DNA of 64,000 bases from Vicugna vicugna (taxonomy: Eukaryota): contig MU058844.1 of NCBI GenBank assembly GCA_013265495.1, positions 11,926,184 through 11,990,183 on the forward strand, read 5' to 3'. Of this stretch, positions 63,076 through 64,000 are shown piece by piece. The translations under genes and the position numbers were made by a program. The stretch's first letter is position 1; every line of letters starts with the position of its first letter. The notes under the pieces are model-generated. The model was not told where the DNA came from. It did not search any database and worked only from the letters and a program-made list of their open reading frames with translations.

Positions 63076-63499
63076 ATACAAACATTCTTCTTATAATCAT
63101 TTCAGTAGCACAGTAGTAAATGAATCTAGTTCTTCATCATCTTATTTTCTTTAAGGAGATTAATTCATAAGTTCATGCCCTGTGTTTTTAACAGATATTT
63201 TTATTTATAACTTTCCCCTGTAGAATGTTTCCAATAATTTAAAGGTTGTAATGTTTGTCTTTATTGGTAAGAATTATCTTCCTGATACTCTTTCAAGAGA
63301 AAACTCAAGGAAAACCCTTGCATTTGAGTACTCTTAAGACAAGAACAAGTACGTAAGGATGCCTCTATCTGAAAGAACATGCTGGACCTTAATTATGCTT
63401 TGCAGAACAGACTCCCTGGAAGTTTCTTATCCCTAATTACAGTGTCTCTTAGTTAATATCCTCCCAAACTCCCACTTGACTGCACTACCCCATTCACTC

Positions 63500-63668
63500 A
63501 AGGGCTGTGTCTGCAGGCAGGATGAGAAACTCTGTTGTGCAGATCTCTCATGACACAGGATATTTCACTTTCCAGATTCCCACCCACTCAACATCGGAGG
63601 CATTCCCCAGAAAGTGTAACAACTAAAAATGTCTCCAAACATTTCCACATCCTCAGTTAAGAACTTGT
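63500..63668 (-). mobile_element. MER20-like hAT-Charlie MITE
   Basis: 'gtgtaacaactaaaaatgtctccaaacatttcca' is the reverse complement of the MER20 core 'tggcaatgtctggagacatttttggttgtcac'. Confidence 0.75.
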
Positions 63669-64000
63669 GATAGTCTATAGGCCCTTGAGGTTCACACTAG
63701 CTCTCCTGTAATATTGTCCTCCCAGTCTGACTTAACTCTCTGTTTGCTTAGAATCTGTCAGATTGTTAGAATATTATCCTCAGATTAACCTCCTGAAACA
63801 TGTCTCTTATCAAGATGCCTGCATGGCTTTCTGGTGCCTAAGAGACACTGGGTGAAAACAGGCCTTGGTTATCTTTAATTTCATTTTAATTTATTGTTTT
63901 ATTTTTGGTCTTACAGTATTTTAATAAAAGAAGCAATCCATTTTCAGTAATAGAAAAATACCATATTTTAATCTGAAAAAAGACGTATTCATGCTAAATG

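Noticed and set aside
1..64000. CRISPR arrays, operons, rRNA genes, CpG-island promoter
   Set aside because: None seen. This is eukaryotic repeat-rich DNA with no regularly spaced repeat-spacer array, no long ORFs and no CpG island.

Overview
AT-rich, CpG-depleted mammalian genomic DNA, most likely from a camelid. A tRNA-derived SINE at ~37.4-37.6 kb resembles camelid Vic-1, the young L1 3' ends look cetartiodactyl, and I saw no Alu, Bov-A/BovB, PRE1 or Can-SINE. Much of the window is decayed interspersed repeats: L1, L2, MIR, MaLR/ERVL/ERV1 solo LTRs, and hAT and mariner MITEs. I cannot support any intact protein-coding gene. The ORFs in the track are L1/L2 remnants or chance ORFs. Nearly all L1 fragments lie on the + strand, which suggests the window sits inside a large minus-strand transcription unit. 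Several minus-strand exon-like segments exist; the best pair is 5131-5219 plus 4897-4983, which splices in frame. I do not recognise their products. The most notable non-repeat signals are a CTCF site with its upstream module (31.3 kb), two RFX X-boxes (27.2 and 59.6 kb), a tandem E-box (51.6 kb), and motif-dense candidate enhancers at 42.3-42.5 kb and 61.1-61.3 kb. I found no evidence of a new multi-gene system. Repeat subfamily names come from recalled consensus sequences, and boundaries are approximate unless TSDs are given.
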